Made by a program: the position numbers and the translations under genes | Shown: piece by piece, positions 62,901 to 64,000 of the stretch | Layout of the letters: each line of letters starts with the position of its first letter | Position numbering within the stretch: position 1 is the first letter of the stretch | The notes under the pieces: model-generated | The model's database searches: none | Seen by the model: the letters and a program-made list of their open reading frames with translations, nothing else | What the model was told of the DNA's origin: nothing | NCBI GenBank assembly: GCA_965644265.1 | Contig: OZ286473.1 | Location: 53,940,001-54,004,000, forward strand | Origin: Glycera tridactyla | Taxonomy: Eukaryota | Reading direction: 5' to 3' | Length of the DNA stretch: 64,000 nt

Positions 62901-63312
62901 CCTGCGTCTACCCTATGATTTCGGTTATGTGACGCATGTAGATGGGTTGCTGATGCGCCGTGATGACGTCATAGCGGATCTATCACCCTTCAGTGGTCTC
63001 GTACACCCGAACCGTTTCGAACATCGTTGGTTGAATGAGCATCTTTACAAACGCAGTCGACAGTGGCATCTCATGTACAATCAAAGTAGACTCGTGAATA
63101 ATGCCCTTAAAACTGATGGACGCGTACTTGGGAAGGACTCGCCGGAGGAAGGAAGCTTCGTACTCGCCCGAAAGCTCCTAGGTGACAATGAAGAAATTGA
63201 TGTTGATAGTTTCATCGAGGCTAATCTGCATCATACAAGTACACATATCATCAAGCCAGTGATGTTCCGGCCCATCTCATGTCCAACTCTGCCGGCCGAT
63301 GATGAACAGTGA
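59947..63312 (+). CDS. Multidomain glycosyltransferase (~1,121 aa): signal/anchor, CBM-like domain, GT49 (LARGE/B4GAT1-like) domain, acidic linker, Rossmann-like domain, C-terminal GT-A-like domain
   Basis: ATG directly follows an acceptor-like TTTCAG; hydrophobic N-terminus; NLLENPSF start; GT49 motifs ITIATQLTIDRL, WKGPMSVA, FPINILRNIAL, EPYFIV, GYGRDK, YVLPQAF; C-terminal LMTKNRPLQ, IIAVDEIV, FQLRLG, YDFGYVTHVDG. Confidence 0.85.
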   Translation: MVYRPLVFFWCLILWNQVSDGAKGRRNLLENPSFDSSSSWTLNTRVNTWKVQPATHRQLYIEGGQLIFGAKPKTIPAFYASQHVPSVKFTDIKNPILELRYECGGELAHHVAVNIDISYKDGKNFHLEHNLDCKDGDDTLSCILIPAYGDVRSLMIHLLLEHETDSTIWVGDIRLNVVTSLAEDDVTCSLYTQSVPSTRHIIHNYLTPPGGNNHAHNITIATQLTIDRLPLLLEMVQLWKGPMSVAFFLSGEKPDDLLRMITIAYYKDAYLQRYASIHVVFQDNLNKGDGQWFPINILRNIALDATRTPYVFLLDAGTLPGFSSVQAQEWLQDSVQRLACTHCAFIAPLYDAKSMDRDVPTSKQALLKALEESPPAFESLRVVSHSPVKYHIWQEASEVYEIPYRQDMEPYFIVGRDAPLMSDLYVGYGRDKCAYSRDLHSSGYTFYVLPQAFLVRKTLNRREAPSILTLSRGIQLRMHLNIAYHLADIEEGFFRQRSNAHSTSQTNLDDECGDSHGDSTKFECLTGSDSVADRPNHLVDYYGEKSLSDDFESSASMCDVGDTCDKACGSIECIDIEESSSDEIHTSVEDELVVSELNLVSPPADNLIRIGAENDDLSEEKTQFSQIFTNTQDHACTVWNDSDFEDEAVRDSRPSDINRILEGIIKRFMLDVVHIITNSMDTVTFKSALLHSHVKRVNCFIPKPIPQSPPKQHSIYQYYFNVDIRETVASVLSANTERCLIWVDAQLSDKEFVHSLLSVLRSLPVNCMVVAQKEVSTIKEIMKGQCKSHPSLECRQEGNLVVIQPSDLGEFREMAFPPVPEMSDTPCEIVSTDLVLMTKNRPLQMLAFLQSLHQMIPGVNKIWVVYKVEDESFDEGYKKVVECMSPVFDIELVREEPGKMGESLRHIFEEMTSEYVIIAVDEIVWLRPVNITQVGCIMKANKDRVASFQLRLGHNINPSHMRNVANRQDIFHELFPPDGIIAYYPLRLPYDFGYVTHVDGLLMRRDDVIADLSPFSGLVHPNRFEHRWLNEHLYKRSRQWHLMYNQSRLVNNALKTDGRVLGKDSPEEGSFVLARKLLGDNEEIDVDSFIEANLHHTSTHIIKPVMFRPISCPTLPADDEQ

Positions 63313-63394
63313 GGAGATTAGAATATCGCCGAAGCACCAAAAGATGTTCGCAGATGTTTCAATCATTTTTGTCATCATTCATATTGTCGCCATC

Positions 63395-63615
63395 TAGTTC
63401 ATCATCATCGTCGTCGTCGTCGTCGTCGTCGTCGCAATCATCGCCGTCGTCGCAATCGTCGTCGTCGTCGTCGTCGTCGTCGCTGTCTTCATCATCATGA
63501 TCATGATCATCGCCATCGACATCGCCAATCGTCATCTTAATGCCATCGTCATCATAACCTCCATCGGCATCACCGCAGTTGTTGTTGTTGTTGCGGTTGT
63601 CGTTGTTGCCATCTT
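63395..63615. repeat. (TCG/TCA/GTT)n trinucleotide low-complexity tract after the GT stop
   Basis: Directly visible. Confidence 0.9.
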
Positions 63616-64000
63616 CTTCTGCACCATCGCTTTTGCCTTCCCCGTCAAAATTCAGATGTATGGATGCATGAATGGATGGGTGAGTGCGTGTGTGAATGGG
63701 TGGATGGTGGATTGTTGAATGGAGAGGTAGATGTACAGGAAACAGAGGGATGGCTGGATGGGTTGATGGGAGAGTGAGANNNNNNNNNNNNNNNNNNNNN
63801 NNNNNNNNNNNNNNNNNNNNNNNNNNNNNNNNNNNNNNNNNNNNNNNNNNNNNNNNNNNNNNNNNNNNNNNNNNNNNNNNNNNNNNNNNNNNNNNNNNNN
63901 NNNNNNNNNNNNNNNNNNNNNNNNNNTGGAAGATAGATTAAGCCTATGCAACTGATATTGTATATATGACATCAATTCACCATAATGGTCTCGGTGTTGT

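Overview
This is a repeat-rich eukaryotic window, with introns, microsatellites and ten N-gaps. It is probably from a marine invertebrate (inference from the transposon mix). Two host genes are supported: a 5-exon secreted SOUL/heme-binding protein gene (35.8-40.6 kb) and a ~1,120-aa multidomain glycosyltransferase encoded almost entirely by one 3.37-kb exon (59.8-63.3 kb). Mobile DNA includes the 3' end of a Ty3/gypsy element, a decayed gypsy-like remnant next to an intact stand-alone SGNH hydrolase ORF, a Neptune-type Penelope-like element (PLE), CR1/L2 LINE fragments, a Helentron-like (HINE) element whose empty site is visible in the window, fold-back and Tc1/mariner-type MITEs, SINE copies and a ~4-kb array of a 60-bp repeat. 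The most striking observation is a type I hammerhead ribozyme on each side of the PLE ORF. In both, the catalytic core is split by a structured ~190-235-nt insertion in stem III. The two have unrelated primary sequence, but share the fold, a CTTGCCAC motif exactly 26 nt after the predicted cleavage site, and an adjacent (TA)n tract. All structures were paired by eye; no database searches or folding programs were run.
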